From Trueperaceae bacterium (GTDB lineage Bacteria > Deinococcota > Deinococci > Deinococcales > Trueperaceae): a stretch of DNA of 64,000 nucleotides. Positions 18,322-29,056 of this stretch are shown piece by piece (the first letter of the stretch is position 1; every line of letters starts with the position of its first letter). A program made the position numbers and the translations under genes. The stretch spans positions 64,001 through 128,000 of the forward strand of contig JAXHNB010000010.1 of the NCBI GenBank assembly GCA_034520945.1. The letters run 5' to 3'. The notes beneath the pieces are model-generated. The model saw nothing but the letters and a program-made list of their open reading frames with translations, searched no databases and was not told the origin of the DNA.

Positions 18322-19209
18322 TCATTCCGTGGTGGCGCCCCCAGCGATCGCGTCCCGCACGCGTTCGCCCGCGGCGGCCAGGCGCCTGCGCGCCTCGGCT
18401 GGCTCGACGTCCGCCAGCAGCGTCACGATGGCGTCCCGAATCCGCTGATCGCAAACGGCGAGGGCCGCCGCGGCCGCCTCGTCGTCCACGCCGGTCGCCT
18501 CGCGGACGATCGTCACGGCGCGGCGGCGCAGCTTGGCGTTGAGGGGACGCATGCCCACCATCAGGTTGCCGTACGCGCCGCCCAACCGCACCAGCACCGC
18601 GGTGGACAGCGCGTTCAACGCGGCCTTCTGGGCCGTGCCGGCCGCCATGCGGGTGCTGCCCGCCAGCACCTCCGGGCCGGAGTCCAGCAGCACGCCCACC
18701 TCGGCCTCGCGCAGCAAGGGCGCCCCCGGCGCGTTGGCCAGGCCGACGGTGAAGGCGCCCAGCTCACGTGCGCGGCGCATCGCGGCGCGGGTGTAGGGCG
18801 TCGCGCCGGACGCCGCCACGCCGATCAGCACGTCCGCCTCGCCCAGGCCCGCCTCGTCCACCTCGCCCCTGGCTGCATCCTCGTCGTCCTCGGCCCCCTC
18901 CATCGAGCGGCGGATGGCGGCGGCGCCACCGGCCAGGAGCACCACGGTCCGGTCGAACCCGAACGTCGGCGCCAGTTCGGCGGCGTCCAGCACCGCCAGG
19001 CGGCCGCTGGTGCCCGCGCCGGCGTAGCCGAGGCGGCCGCCGCGCGCCAGCCGCGGCTCGATGCCTTCGGCGGCGCGGGTCAGGTCGGGGAGGGCGCGGC
19101 GTACCGCGGCGACGCCGCCCTCGTGCCCGGCCACCAGGGCCTCCAGGCTGCGCGCCAGCGGCCAGGCGTCCAGCTCGGCGGTGTCGGGATGGCGGCGTTC
19201 CGTGCTCAT
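18322..19209 (-). CDS. murQ: N-acetylmuramic acid 6-phosphate etherase
   Basis: TERRHP, GAGTSGRLAVLDAAE, EGAED, AASGATPY, GPEVLAGSTRM-x-AGTAQK, NAKLRRRA. Confidence 0.9.
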   Translation of the reverse strand: MSTERRHPDTAELDAWPLARSLEALVAGHEGGVAAVRRALPDLTRAAEGIEPRLARGGRLGYAGAGTSGRLAVLDAAELAPTFGFDRTVVLLAGGAAAIRRSMEGAEDDEDAARGEVDEAGLGEADVLIGVAASGATPYTRAAMRRARELGAFTVGLANAPGAPLLREAEVGVLLDSGPEVLAGSTRMAAGTAQKAALNALSTAVLVRLGGAYGNLMVGMRPLNAKLRRRAVTIVREATGVDDEAAAAALAVCDQRIRDAIVTLLADVEPAEARRRLAAAGERVRDAIAGGATTE

Positions 19210-20000
19210 GATGGGGCCTCCGGAGGGGCCAGGTCCAGCGCCAGCCGGTAGCGGTCGCCGCGATACGCGCTGCGTACGAACTCGAACGCGTGCCCGGCTG
19301 CGTCGTAGGTGATCCGCTCCAGGGCCAGCACCGGGTCGGTGGGGCCCAAGGCCAGGCGGCCCTGTTCGGTGCGGGTCGGCAGGCGCGCCGACACCGACTG
19401 GCGGGCCCGGTGCGGCGCCAGGGCGAACTGCTCCCGAAGCGTGCGGTACAGGCTTTCGTTTCGGCGCAGCCGCGGGAGGGACAGGTCGGCGTAGGCGGGC
19501 GCCAGCGTGGCGGTCTGCAGCGCCAACGGTTCGCCGTCGGCGGTGCGCAGGCGCGTGACGGTCAGGACGTGTGCGCCCGAGGGGATGCCCAGGCGGGCCG
19601 CCGCCTCGGCGCTGGCGCGGGCACGGCGGGCGCGCAGCAGGGTGGTGCCGGGCGTGAAGCCGAGGGCGTGCGCCTCGTCGGTGAAGCCCAGCACGCGGTC
19701 GAAGGTCTGTTCGAGGGAGGGACGCCGGACGAAGGTGCCGCTGCCTTGGCGGCGTACGACCAGCCCGTCCTCGACGAGCAGCTCGACGGCCCGGCGTACC
19801 GTCATGCGCGACAGGCCCAGGGTCGTGGCGAGGGTCCGTTCGGGCGGAAGGGCGCGTCCTGCTTCCAACTCGCCGCGCCGGATGGCGTGCTGCATCCGTT
19901 CGTGCAGTTGCAGGTAGGCCGGCGTGGGGCGGGCCTTGTCGATGAGCCACGCCGCGCCGGTGTTCACGGCGTCGCCAGGGGCGCCCCCCGATTCGGTCAC
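19206..20000 (-). CDS. GntR/HutC-family regulator (NagR/DasR-like, UTRA domain)
   Basis: PAYLQL, LPPERTLA..LGLSRMTVRRA, RRQGSGTFV, SAYRGDRY. Confidence 0.9.
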   Translation of the reverse strand: MTESGGAPGDAVNTGAAWLIDKARPTPAYLQLHERMQHAIRRGELEAGRALPPERTLATTLGLSRMTVRRAVELLVEDGLVVRRQGSGTFVRRPSLEQTFDRVLGFTDEAHALGFTPGTTLLRARRARASAEAAARLGIPSGAHVLTVTRLRTADGEPLALQTATLAPAYADLSLPRLRRNESLYRTLREQFALAPHRARQSVSARLPTRTEQGRLALGPTDPVLALERITYDAAGHAFEFVRSAYRGDRYRLALDLAPPEAPS

Positions 20001-20830
20001 CGCACGCCCCGCAGCGTCGGATCGAACAGGTCGCGCAGGCCGTCGCCGAACAGGTTGAAACCCAGCGACGCCAACAGGATCGCGAGACCGGAAAAGATCG
20101 ACACCCACGGCGAGATCAGCATGTAGTTGCGGCTCTCCGACAGCATCAGGCCCAGCGAGGGGGCGGGCGGTTGTGTGCCCAGCCCCAGGAAGCTCAGCGA
20201 GGCTTCGACCAGGATGGCGGTGGACAGCGACAGCGTGGTCTGGACCATGATGGGGGCCGCGATGTTGGGCGCCACGTGGCGGAAGATGATGCGGAGGCTC
20301 GAGGCGCCCAGGCCGCGGGCGGCGGCCACGTAGTCCCAGGCGAGGACGGACAGGGCGGGCCCGCGGGCCAGGCGCGCGAAGATCGGCGTGTACACGGTCC
20401 CGATCGCCAGGGCGGTGTTGCCGGGGCTGGGACCCAGGACGGCCAGGATGGCGATCGCCAGCAGGATGATCGGGAACGCCAGCAGCACGTCCATCGTTCG
20501 CATCAGGATCCGGTCGACCCAGCCTCGGTAGAAGGCGGCCAGCAGGCCGATGGTGCCGCCCAGAAGGGTCGCCATGGCGACCGCGCCGAAGGCGACGCCG
20601 ATGCTGGCGCGGTAGCCGAACAGGACGCGGCTGAACACGTCGCGACCGAAGTTGTCGGTGCCTAGCAGGTGCGCCAAGCTGGGTCCCTGGAAGCGGTCGA
20701 CGACGATCTGCTGATGCGGGCCGTGCGTGGCCAGCAGTGGGGCCAGCGCCGCGGCGCTCAACACCAGCACCGACAGCACGAAGCCGATGAACCCGACGCG
20801 GTTGCGGTAGAGCCGGCGCAGGAAGGTCAC
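19997..20830 (-). CDS. Peptide ABC permease (DppC/OppC)
   Basis: HLLGTDNFGRDVFSR, EAA-like YVAAARGLGAS, EASLSFLGLG. Confidence 0.92.
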   Translation of the reverse strand: MTFLRRLYRNRVGFIGFVLSVLVLSAAALAPLLATHGPHQQIVVDRFQGPSLAHLLGTDNFGRDVFSRVLFGYRASIGVAFGAVAMATLLGGTIGLLAAFYRGWVDRILMRTMDVLLAFPIILLAIAILAVLGPSPGNTALAIGTVYTPIFARLARGPALSVLAWDYVAAARGLGASSLRIIFRHVAPNIAAPIMVQTTLSLSTAILVEASLSFLGLGTQPPAPSLGLMLSESRNYMLISPWVSIFSGLAILLASLGFNLFGDGLRDLFDPTLRGVR

Positions 20831-20858
20831 GATCGATGCCCGTTCGTGGCTGCGCGTG

Positions 20859-21809
<951 letters not shown>

Positions 21810-21888
21810 GGATGTCGGGCCGAGGGGCGCCGAAGGCGGGCCGGGAGATGGGGCGCCCGGCCCGCCCGCGCGTGGGGCGTCGCAGGGC

Positions 21889-23394
21889 TCAGTTCAGGGT
21901 CGTCTCGCGCAGGTAGCGGAGGCCGCGGGTGGGGAGCTGCTGGAACCCTTCGACGTTCTCGCGAACGCCGGTGAACAGGGTTCCATAGGCGATGTGCGCG
22001 ATGGGGCCCTGGCAGGCGAGCTCGCGCTGCAGCTCGGCGTACACCTCGTAGCGGGCGTCCTCGCCGACGGTGGTGCGGCCCTCCTCCAGCAGCGCGTCCA
22101 CTCCTTGGTTCTGGTAATTGAACACGTTGGTGGCGCCGTCGCTGTGGAAGGTGCGGTACAGGTAGCCGTCGGGGTCGACGTTGCCGCCGTTCAGGCTCAC
22201 GAAGGCGTCGAAGTCGCTGTTCTGCCAGTCCTGCACGAAGGTGCCGAACTCGGCGACGTTGACGTCGACGTCCAGCCCCGCGGCCTCGAACTGCGCCTGC
22301 AGCACCTGGGCGGCGTCGCTGACGACCTGGATGGTGCCGAAGGTGAGGATCTCGAACGAGGCGCCGTCCTCGTACCCCGCCTCGGCCAGCAGGTCTTGGG
22401 CGCGCGCGGCGGCGTCCTCACCGCTCGCGTAGCACTGGAACTCGTCGGTCGGCAGGGCCCAGTTGGCCAGGCCGGGGCTGAGGGGGCCGCCCGGTTCGGC
22501 CTCGCCGAAGTAGACGGCTTCGACGATCTCGTCCCGGTCGATGATCAGGTTGATCGCCTGGCGCACGCGCGGGTCGTCGAACGGCGCCCGGTCGACGTTC
22601 ATGCCGAGCAGGGTGTACGCCAGGTCCTGGATGCCCAACAGCTCCACACCGGACGCGCCCTGCAGCGTCTGTGCGGAGGTGGGATCGACGTCCGGGAGCA
22701 GGTGGTAGTCACCCGTCCTGAGGCCGGCGGCGCGGGTGGACGGCTCGGGCACCACGTTGTAGCGCAGGGCCGCCAAGCGGGGCTGTCCGGCGCGGTAGTA
22801 GTCGGGGTTGGCGACCAGCCGGACGGAGGTGTCCGGCACGATCTCGTCCAGCATGAACGGACCCGTCCCGACCGCGACCTGCTGCAGGCCGTCGTTCTCC
22901 TCGACGACCTCGCGCGGGACGACGCTGAGGTTCGCCAGGTTGGCGAGGAACGGCGCGAACGGCTCACTCAGCGTGAAGCGCACCTCGTGCTCGCCCGTCG
23001 CTACCGCGTCCTCGACCTGACTGAAGCGGCTGGCCTGCGGGGAGCCGGTCTCCTCCGCCATGATGCGTTCAAAGGAGTACACCACGTCGTCGGCGGTCAT
23101 GGCGCGCCCGTTGTGGAAGGTCACATCATTGCGCAGCTGCACGTCGTAGACGCGGCCGCCCTCGGACACCTCCCAGGAGGTCGCCAGGGCGGGCTCGATC
23201 GCCAGGTCGGCGTCGACCTCGACCAGGCCGTCGTAGATCTGGCCGATCACCGCGAAGCTGGAGAACGCCGTGACCACGTGCGGGTCCAGCCCGACGGGGG
23301 CCTGGTCGACGGCCAGCTCCAAGGTGCCCTCCTGCGCGAAGGCGGCGGCGCACGCCAGTAGAGCCGTGAGCAACGATGTCTTGAGGGTGTTCAT
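21889..23394 (-). CDS. Peptide ABC substrate-binding protein (family 5)
   Basis: Signal peptide (AFA-Q); IYDGLV, PALATSW, FHNGRAMTADDVVYS, VGTGPF, PFDDPRVRQAI; RBS AGGAGGA. Confidence 0.92.
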   Translation of the reverse strand: MNTLKTSLLTALLACAAAFAQEGTLELAVDQAPVGLDPHVVTAFSSFAVIGQIYDGLVEVDADLAIEPALATSWEVSEGGRVYDVQLRNDVTFHNGRAMTADDVVYSFERIMAEETGSPQASRFSQVEDAVATGEHEVRFTLSEPFAPFLANLANLSVVPREVVEENDGLQQVAVGTGPFMLDEIVPDTSVRLVANPDYYRAGQPRLAALRYNVVPEPSTRAAGLRTGDYHLLPDVDPTSAQTLQGASGVELLGIQDLAYTLLGMNVDRAPFDDPRVRQAINLIIDRDEIVEAVYFGEAEPGGPLSPGLANWALPTDEFQCYASGEDAAARAQDLLAEAGYEDGASFEILTFGTIQVVSDAAQVLQAQFEAAGLDVDVNVAEFGTFVQDWQNSDFDAFVSLNGGNVDPDGYLYRTFHSDGATNVFNYQNQGVDALLEEGRTTVGEDARYEVYAELQRELACQGPIAHIAYGTLFTGVRENVEGFQQLPTRGLRYLRETTLN

Positions 23395-23470
23395 CTGGGT
23401 CCTCCTCCTGGGGCGGGCGGACGCGACCGGCGGGGGCCGGGCGTCCTCCCTTGCGAAGCGGATGCGACTG

Positions 23471-23554
23471 CGAACGTACCAATCATAGACCAGCGGCGGC
23501 AAGGCGAGGCGTGCCGGCGCCGTTGACGCAACTGGTCTAGTAGAGGTACGTTCG
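23471..23554. promoter_or_regulatory. Back-to-back divergent promoters, each TTG(A/C)CG-N18-TACGTT with CTGGTCTA (dre/NagR-like half-site) in the spacer
   Basis: Plus: TTGACG 23523-28, TACGTT 23547-52. Minus: TTGCCG 23497-502, TACGTT 23473-78. Confidence 0.7.
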
Positions 23555-23654
23555 CCTCGGTCATACAGCCCGACCCGCTTCGCCGTGCCACGGCGCTCGC
23601 GTCCAGATCGCGAGGCGGGCCCACCACCGCCGACACGCCCCAGGAGGTCCCCGC

Positions 23655-24890
23655 ATGCCCCGATCCCTTCGCACGCTCGCCCTCACCCTCGCCGTGCTCA
23701 TGTTCGGCGCCGCGCTCGCCCAGGTGGAGCTCGACTTCTGGAGTTGGCGTACCGAGGACGTCGACGCCTACGAGACGTTCATCGAGGCGTTCCGGACCGA
23801 CAACCCCGACATCGACGTGTCCTTCACGCCGTACCGGAACACGGAGTACAACACCATCCTCTCCACCGCCATGCAGGGCGGCGGCGGCCCCGACATCGCG
23901 CACCTGCGCGCCTACGGCGGCCTGGAGTCGCTGGCCGAGGCCGGTCACTTGGTGCGCTTGGACGGCGAGATCGAGGCGCTCGACGACTTCGATCCGGGGA
24001 TCCTCCTGGGCGCCACCAACCGTGACGACGGCGGCGTCTACGGCGTGCCGTTCGCACTGCAGACCGTGCAGGTGCTCTACAACGAGGCCATGTTCGAGGA
24101 GCTGGGGCTCGAGGAGCCGCAGACCTGGGACGAGCTCATCGCCGTCTCCGAGGCGCTCCAGGAGTCCGGCGTGAACGCCTTCGCCAACGGCACCAGCGAC
24201 CCCTGGACGGTCGAGACCCTCTTCGGCGGCGTGGCGCCCACCTTCTACGGCTGCAGCGCCTTCTTCGACGAGATCACCGCTGGCGAGACCGACTTCACCG
24301 ACCCGCGCTTCGCGGCGGGCATCGAGCGCATGGTCGAACTCGTGCCCTACCTCGCCGAGAACCACACCGGCATCGGCTACACCGACATGCAGACGCTGTT
24401 CGCCTTCGAGCAGGCCGGCATGCTGGTCGGCGGCTCCTACGAGCTGGGCGTGATGGCGGACATGAACCCGGACCTCGAGATCGGCTCCTTCGCGGTGCCC
24501 GGCGACGCCGCCGACGACGAGAAGTGCATCTCCTTCTACGTGGACGGCTCGTACGGCGTGAACAGCGCCAGCGAGCACCAGGAGGAGGCGCTCGCCTTCG
24601 TGGAGTGGCAGGCCAGCCAGGAGTTCGGTCAGATGTTCACCGACGAGCTGCAGCAGATCTCGGCCGTCCCCGGCGTGGAACCGACCAGCGAGGAGCTGGC
24701 CAAGATGGCGAGCATGATGAACGAGATCGGCACGCCCTACCTGATGCTGACCTCCTTCCGCTTCGGCCAGCCGAGCGGCAGCACGCTGCTCCAGAACGAG
24801 GTTCAGGCCGTCATGGCGGGCGACCAGAGCATCGACGAGGCGGTGACCGACATCCAGCGCGGCGTCGCCGAGTGGTTCGACTTCCAGTAG
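23655..24890 (+). CDS. Sugar ABC substrate-binding protein (CUT1)
   Basis: Signal peptide (ALA-Q); GGGPDI, VYGVPF...VLYNEAMFEELGLEEPQTWDEL; RBS AGGAGG. Confidence 0.9.
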   Translation: MPRSLRTLALTLAVLMFGAALAQVELDFWSWRTEDVDAYETFIEAFRTDNPDIDVSFTPYRNTEYNTILSTAMQGGGGPDIAHLRAYGGLESLAEAGHLVRLDGEIEALDDFDPGILLGATNRDDGGVYGVPFALQTVQVLYNEAMFEELGLEEPQTWDELIAVSEALQESGVNAFANGTSDPWTVETLFGGVAPTFYGCSAFFDEITAGETDFTDPRFAAGIERMVELVPYLAENHTGIGYTDMQTLFAFEQAGMLVGGSYELGVMADMNPDLEIGSFAVPGDAADDEKCISFYVDGSYGVNSASEHQEEALAFVEWQASQEFGQMFTDELQQISAVPGVEPTSEELAKMASMMNEIGTPYLMLTSFRFGQPSGSTLLQNEVQAVMAGDQSIDEAVTDIQRGVAEWFDFQ

Positions 24891-24974
24891 GCCCTACCCC
24901 TCGCCTCGTGGTCGCGAGCCCAGCGCCCGCGCCACGAGGCGCACGTTTGCCGTGCTCCCCGCATCGTTCCTGAC

Positions 24975-25904
24975 GTGACGTCTCTGCGCCGCTGGTTCTC
25001 CCGGCACGGGCACCTCGTGGTGTTCCTGCTGCCCGGCCTGCTGCTCTACGGCCTGTTCATGGCCTACCCCCTGGCCTCGTCGTTGACCTACAGCCTCTAC
25101 TCCTGGGACGGCTTCCTGCGGGAGGGGTTCGTCGGCCTGGACAACTTCCGGACCGTGCTGTCGCGTTGGCCCTACAACGAGCGCTTCTGGTCGGCCCTCT
25201 GGCACAACGGCCTGTTCTTCCTGCTCACCTTCGCCATCCAGACCACCCTGGGGCTGTTCGTGGCCGTCCTGCTCAACCGCAAGTGGCGCGGCTTCGCCGT
25301 CTTCCAGGCGGCCTACTTCCTCCCCCATACGCTCTCGCTGGTGGTGGTGGGCTTTCTGTGGCTGCTGCTTCTCAACCCCACCTGGGGTCCCGTCGCGCAG
25401 GGCCTGCGTGCGCTGAACCTCGAGGCGTGGGTGCACCCCTGGCTGGGCGACCGCTCCACGGCGCTGGTGACGATCATCCTCGTCAACGCCTGGGCATGGC
25501 TGGGGTTCCCCATCCTGGTCTACCTGGCCGGCTTGCAGGGCATTCCCCGCGAGTACCACGAGGCTGCGCTCATCGACGGCGCCAACCCCTGGCAGGACTT
25601 CCGCTTCGTCACGCTGCCGATGCTCATGCCGACGATCGCGATGGTCACCATCCTGACCTTCATCTGGGACTTCAACGCCTTCGAGCTGGTGTTCGTGATG
25701 CAGGGGCCCTCCGGCAGCCCCAACTACGCCACCGACCTGTTGGCGACGTATTTCTACCGCACCGCCTTCGGCGATCCCACCACGGGCGGCGAGGCCGGTC
25801 AGATCGGGATTGCTGCCGCCATCGGCGTCCTCATGCTGATCATCATCGGCGTGACCTCGTTTTTCGGGGTTCGCTTCAGCCGGCGCAGCCAGGTCGAGGG
25901 ATGA
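24975..25904 (+). CDS. Sugar ABC permease
   Basis: FVGLDNF, YLAGLQGIPREYHEAALIDGA. Confidence 0.92.
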   Translation: MTSLRRWFSRHGHLVVFLLPGLLLYGLFMAYPLASSLTYSLYSWDGFLREGFVGLDNFRTVLSRWPYNERFWSALWHNGLFFLLTFAIQTTLGLFVAVLLNRKWRGFAVFQAAYFLPHTLSLVVVGFLWLLLLNPTWGPVAQGLRALNLEAWVHPWLGDRSTALVTIILVNAWAWLGFPILVYLAGLQGIPREYHEAALIDGANPWQDFRFVTLPMLMPTIAMVTILTFIWDFNAFELVFVMQGPSGSPNYATDLLATYFYRTAFGDPTTGGEAGQIGIAAAIGVLMLIIIGVTSFFGVRFSRRSQVEG

Positions 25905-26737
25905 CGGTGCGCACCTCCCGGCTTGCCACGCGCCTGGCCATCTACGCCTTCCTCGCGACGCTGGCGGGCCTGTTCCTGTATCCGGTCGTGCTGATGGTGT
26001 TTTCGTCCTTCAAGAGCACGCCGGAGATGTTCCAGAACCCGTTCGGCCTGCCCGAGTCCTGGGGTCTGGGCACCTACGCCGAGGTGTGGGACCGGGCCAA
26101 CTTCGGTACCTACCTGCGCAACAGCCTGATGGTGACGGCCACCTCCGCGGTCCTCCTGCTGGCCTGTGCCGCGCCCGCCGCCTACGCGCTGGCGCGCTAC
26201 ACCTTCCGGCTACAGACGTTCCTGTTCCTGTTCTTCCTGGCGGGCATCATGGTGCCGATTCGCCTAGGCATTCTGCCGCTCTACATCCTCATGCGCGACC
26301 TGAACCTGCTGGACACGCCGTTCTCGCTCATCTTCACCTACGCGGCGTCGGGCATGCCGATGGCCGTCTTCCTCCTGTCGATCTTCTTTCGCAACCTGCC
26401 GCGCGACCTCGAGGACGCGGGCCGCATCGACGGGGCGGGTGAGACCCAGATCTTCTGGCGCATCATGCTGCCGTTGGTGCGACCGGGCCTGGCGACGGTG
26501 GTGATCGTGAACATCGTGCCGTGGTGGAACGACTTCTTCTTCCCGTTGTTGTTCATCCAGAGCGACACCTGGAAGACCATCCCCCTCGGTATGCAGATCT
26601 TCTTCGGGCAGCACATGACGAACTGGAGCCTGGTGTTCTCCGGCATGGTGCTGGCCAGCCTCCCCCTGCTGATCATCTACCTGATCATGTCCCGGCAGTT
26701 CATCGAGGGGCTCACGGCGGGCGCCGTCAAGGGATGA
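25901..26737 (+). CDS. Sugar ABC permease
   Basis: SSFKS, YLRNS, LPRDLEDAGRIDGA, WNDFFFPL, FIEGLTAGAVKG; ATGA overlap. Confidence 0.92.
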   Translation: MTVRTSRLATRLAIYAFLATLAGLFLYPVVLMVFSSFKSTPEMFQNPFGLPESWGLGTYAEVWDRANFGTYLRNSLMVTATSAVLLLACAAPAAYALARYTFRLQTFLFLFFLAGIMVPIRLGILPLYILMRDLNLLDTPFSLIFTYAASGMPMAVFLLSIFFRNLPRDLEDAGRIDGAGETQIFWRIMLPLVRPGLATVVIVNIVPWWNDFFFPLLFIQSDTWKTIPLGMQIFFGQHMTNWSLVFSGMVLASLPLLIIYLIMSRQFIEGLTAGAVKG

Positions 26738-27963
26738 CGCGGCCGGCGTTCCGCCTCGGCATCGACGTGCTGCTGTCCGACCCCCTGCGCTGGCTGCCGG
26801 GCCCGCGCGTGGGCCTGCTGGCGAACCAGGCGTCGCTGACCGGCGACGGGCGCCCCACCCTGGACGCGCTGCACGCGGCAAAGGGCGTCGACCTCCGGGC
26901 ACTCCTGGTCTTCGAGCACGGCTGGAGCGGCGTCGAGACCGACGCCACGCCCGTCCCGGACCGCGTCGACGCAAGGACGGGCCTTCCCGTGCACAGCCTG
27001 TACGGGCCGCGTCGCACACCCGATCCCGGCATGCTGGCGACCTTGGACGCGGTGGTGGTGGACGTGCAGGAGGTCGGGGTGCGCTGTTACACCTACGCCG
27101 CCACGGTGGCCCTGCTTCTCGAGGCGGCCGCCGAGGCCGGCACGACCGTGGTGATCTGTGACCGTCCCAACGTGCTCGGCGCCTACGTGGCCGGTCCCCC
27201 CTTGGACCCCACCCTGCGGTCGTTCCTGTCGTACCTGCCCACGCCCTTCCAGCACGCCCTCACGTTGGGAGAGCTCGCTGCATGGTTCGCCGCCACCCAG
27301 GGGCCTGCGCACGCCGTGCCGGTGGTGGTGCCCATGACCGGTTGGCGGCGCGGCGACCCCCCGCGGGAGCCGTGGATTCCGCCCTCTCCCGGACTGCCGA
27401 CCCTGGAGGCGGCGCTGTTGTACCCGGGACTGGTGCTTCTGGAAGGCACCAACCTCTCCGAAGGGCGCGGCACCGCGCTTCCGTTTCAACTCCTCGGTGC
27501 GCCGTGGTTGGACGCCTACCCCTTAGCGGAGGCCGTGAATGCGATGGCCTTGCCGGGCCTGCTGGCGCGCCCGCTCGACTTCGTGCCCGACGCGGGTCCC
27601 TTCGCCGGACGCGTGCTGGGCGGCGTCCATCTCCACGTCCTGGACCGCCGCGCCGTACGTGCCTTCGAGGCCGTGACCGCCGTCCTTGGTCACCTTCGCG
27701 ACACCCATGCGGCGTTCGCGTGGGTCGACGCGGGTGACATGCCCTGGCGTCACGACCCGGAGGCGGGCAACCCACGGCACGAACCCACCCAGGGACCGCT
27801 GGTCGATGGGTTGACCGGAAGCGACGCGTGGCGGCGCACGGTCGTCGAGGACGCAGGCGCCGACCGCGACACGGCCCCCTACGCCTGGAGCGACGCCGCG
27901 CACGCCTTCTTGCACGAGGTGGGGCCGCATCTCCTGTACGCGCCCGAGCCGCGCGCCGCATGA
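26734..27963 (+). CDS. namZ: Exo-beta-N-acetylmuramidase NamZ family (DUF1343)
   Basis: LGIDVL, VGLLANQAS, FEHG, HSLYG, DVQEVGVRCYTY, DRPN, WIPPSP, EGTNLSEGRGT. Confidence 0.85.
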   Translation: MTRPAFRLGIDVLLSDPLRWLPGPRVGLLANQASLTGDGRPTLDALHAAKGVDLRALLVFEHGWSGVETDATPVPDRVDARTGLPVHSLYGPRRTPDPGMLATLDAVVVDVQEVGVRCYTYAATVALLLEAAAEAGTTVVICDRPNVLGAYVAGPPLDPTLRSFLSYLPTPFQHALTLGELAAWFAATQGPAHAVPVVVPMTGWRRGDPPREPWIPPSPGLPTLEAALLYPGLVLLEGTNLSEGRGTALPFQLLGAPWLDAYPLAEAVNAMALPGLLARPLDFVPDAGPFAGRVLGGVHLHVLDRRAVRAFEAVTAVLGHLRDTHAAFAWVDAGDMPWRHDPEAGNPRHEPTQGPLVDGLTGSDAWRRTVVEDAGADRDTAPYAWSDAAHAFLHEVGPHLLYAPEPRAA

Positions 27964-28961
27964 CGCCGCCAGCGCGTTCGCCACGAACGAGGCGAGGGGC
28001 CGCCGCGCCGGTGCTCGGCATCGACGCGGGCGGTTCCAGCACGCGCTGGATCCTGCACGGCGACACCGGCCCTTGGGGCCACGGCGCACTGGGGCCGATG
28101 TCGGGACTTGCGTTCATGGCGTCCCCCGGCGCGACACCGGACGGGGTGCGGGCGCTCGTGCACGACCTGTCGCGCGCCGTGAACGACGTGCTGGCGGTAC
28201 GGGCGGGAACGGGCCGGCCGGAACGCGTCGCGCTTGGCGCCGTCGTCGCGGGCGTGACCGGCCTGACACGCGACGATGCCTCCGCCGCGGCGGTGCGGGA
28301 CCTGCTGGCCGAGGGGTTGGGCGTGGATCCGACCCGCGTGTACGTCATGGACGATGTGATCCTGGCCTACCACAGCGCCTTCGCCCCGGGCGAGGGGATC
28401 GTGGTGTACGCCGGAACCGGCTCCGTCGCCGCGCACGTCGATGCGAAGGGCACCATGGTGCGAGTCGGCGGGCACGGCTACCTGATCGACGACGCCGGCG
28501 GTGGGTACTGGATCGGGCGGCACGCCCTCCGGGCCGTCCTACGCCAGGCCGATCGCCTCGGCGAGCCCGCGGTCGGCATGCTCGCCGAGTCCATCTACCA
28601 GGCCCTGGGGAGCCGCGACTGGCCCGACATCCGTCAGCGTATCTACGGCGGAGGGCGTCGCGAGCTCGCGCAATTGGTACCGGTCGTGCGGCACGCCGCG
28701 ACGCACGGCGACCGTGAGGCCTTGGGAATCGTCGAAGAGGCAGGACGGGAACTGGCGCGCCTGGCAGCCACGCTGATGGAGCGCTTGGGACGTGGCCCGC
28801 TGCCCGTGGCCCTCACCGGTGGGGCGGCGGCCGGGTTGGGGCAGCATCTCCGGCGCGCCATGGCGCGCCATCTCGCGGACGACACCGAACTCCGCGCCGC
28901 CGAACGAACGCCCGTGGAAGCGGCCGTCCACCTGGCGGAGGAACGACGATGGAGACACTGA
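27960..28961 (+). CDS. BadF/BcrA-type N-acetylglucosamine/MurNAc kinase
   Basis: LGIDAGGSSTR, YAGTGS, RVGGHGYLIDDAGGGYWIG. Confidence 0.85.
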   Translation: MTPPARSPRTRRGAAAPVLGIDAGGSSTRWILHGDTGPWGHGALGPMSGLAFMASPGATPDGVRALVHDLSRAVNDVLAVRAGTGRPERVALGAVVAGVTGLTRDDASAAAVRDLLAEGLGVDPTRVYVMDDVILAYHSAFAPGEGIVVYAGTGSVAAHVDAKGTMVRVGGHGYLIDDAGGGYWIGRHALRAVLRQADRLGEPAVGMLAESIYQALGSRDWPDIRQRIYGGGRRELAQLVPVVRHAATHGDREALGIVEEAGRELARLAATLMERLGRGPLPVALTGGAAAGLGQHLRRAMARHLADDTELRAAERTPVEAAVHLAEERRWRH

Positions 28962-29056
28962 AGCCCGTGGCCGAGCGCTGGCAGCCGCGGCGCCGGCACC
29001 GCCACCCTGCCGGCGCGCGGGCGGCATAGCCGCGGCGCCGTGCTACCTTCGCCGCC

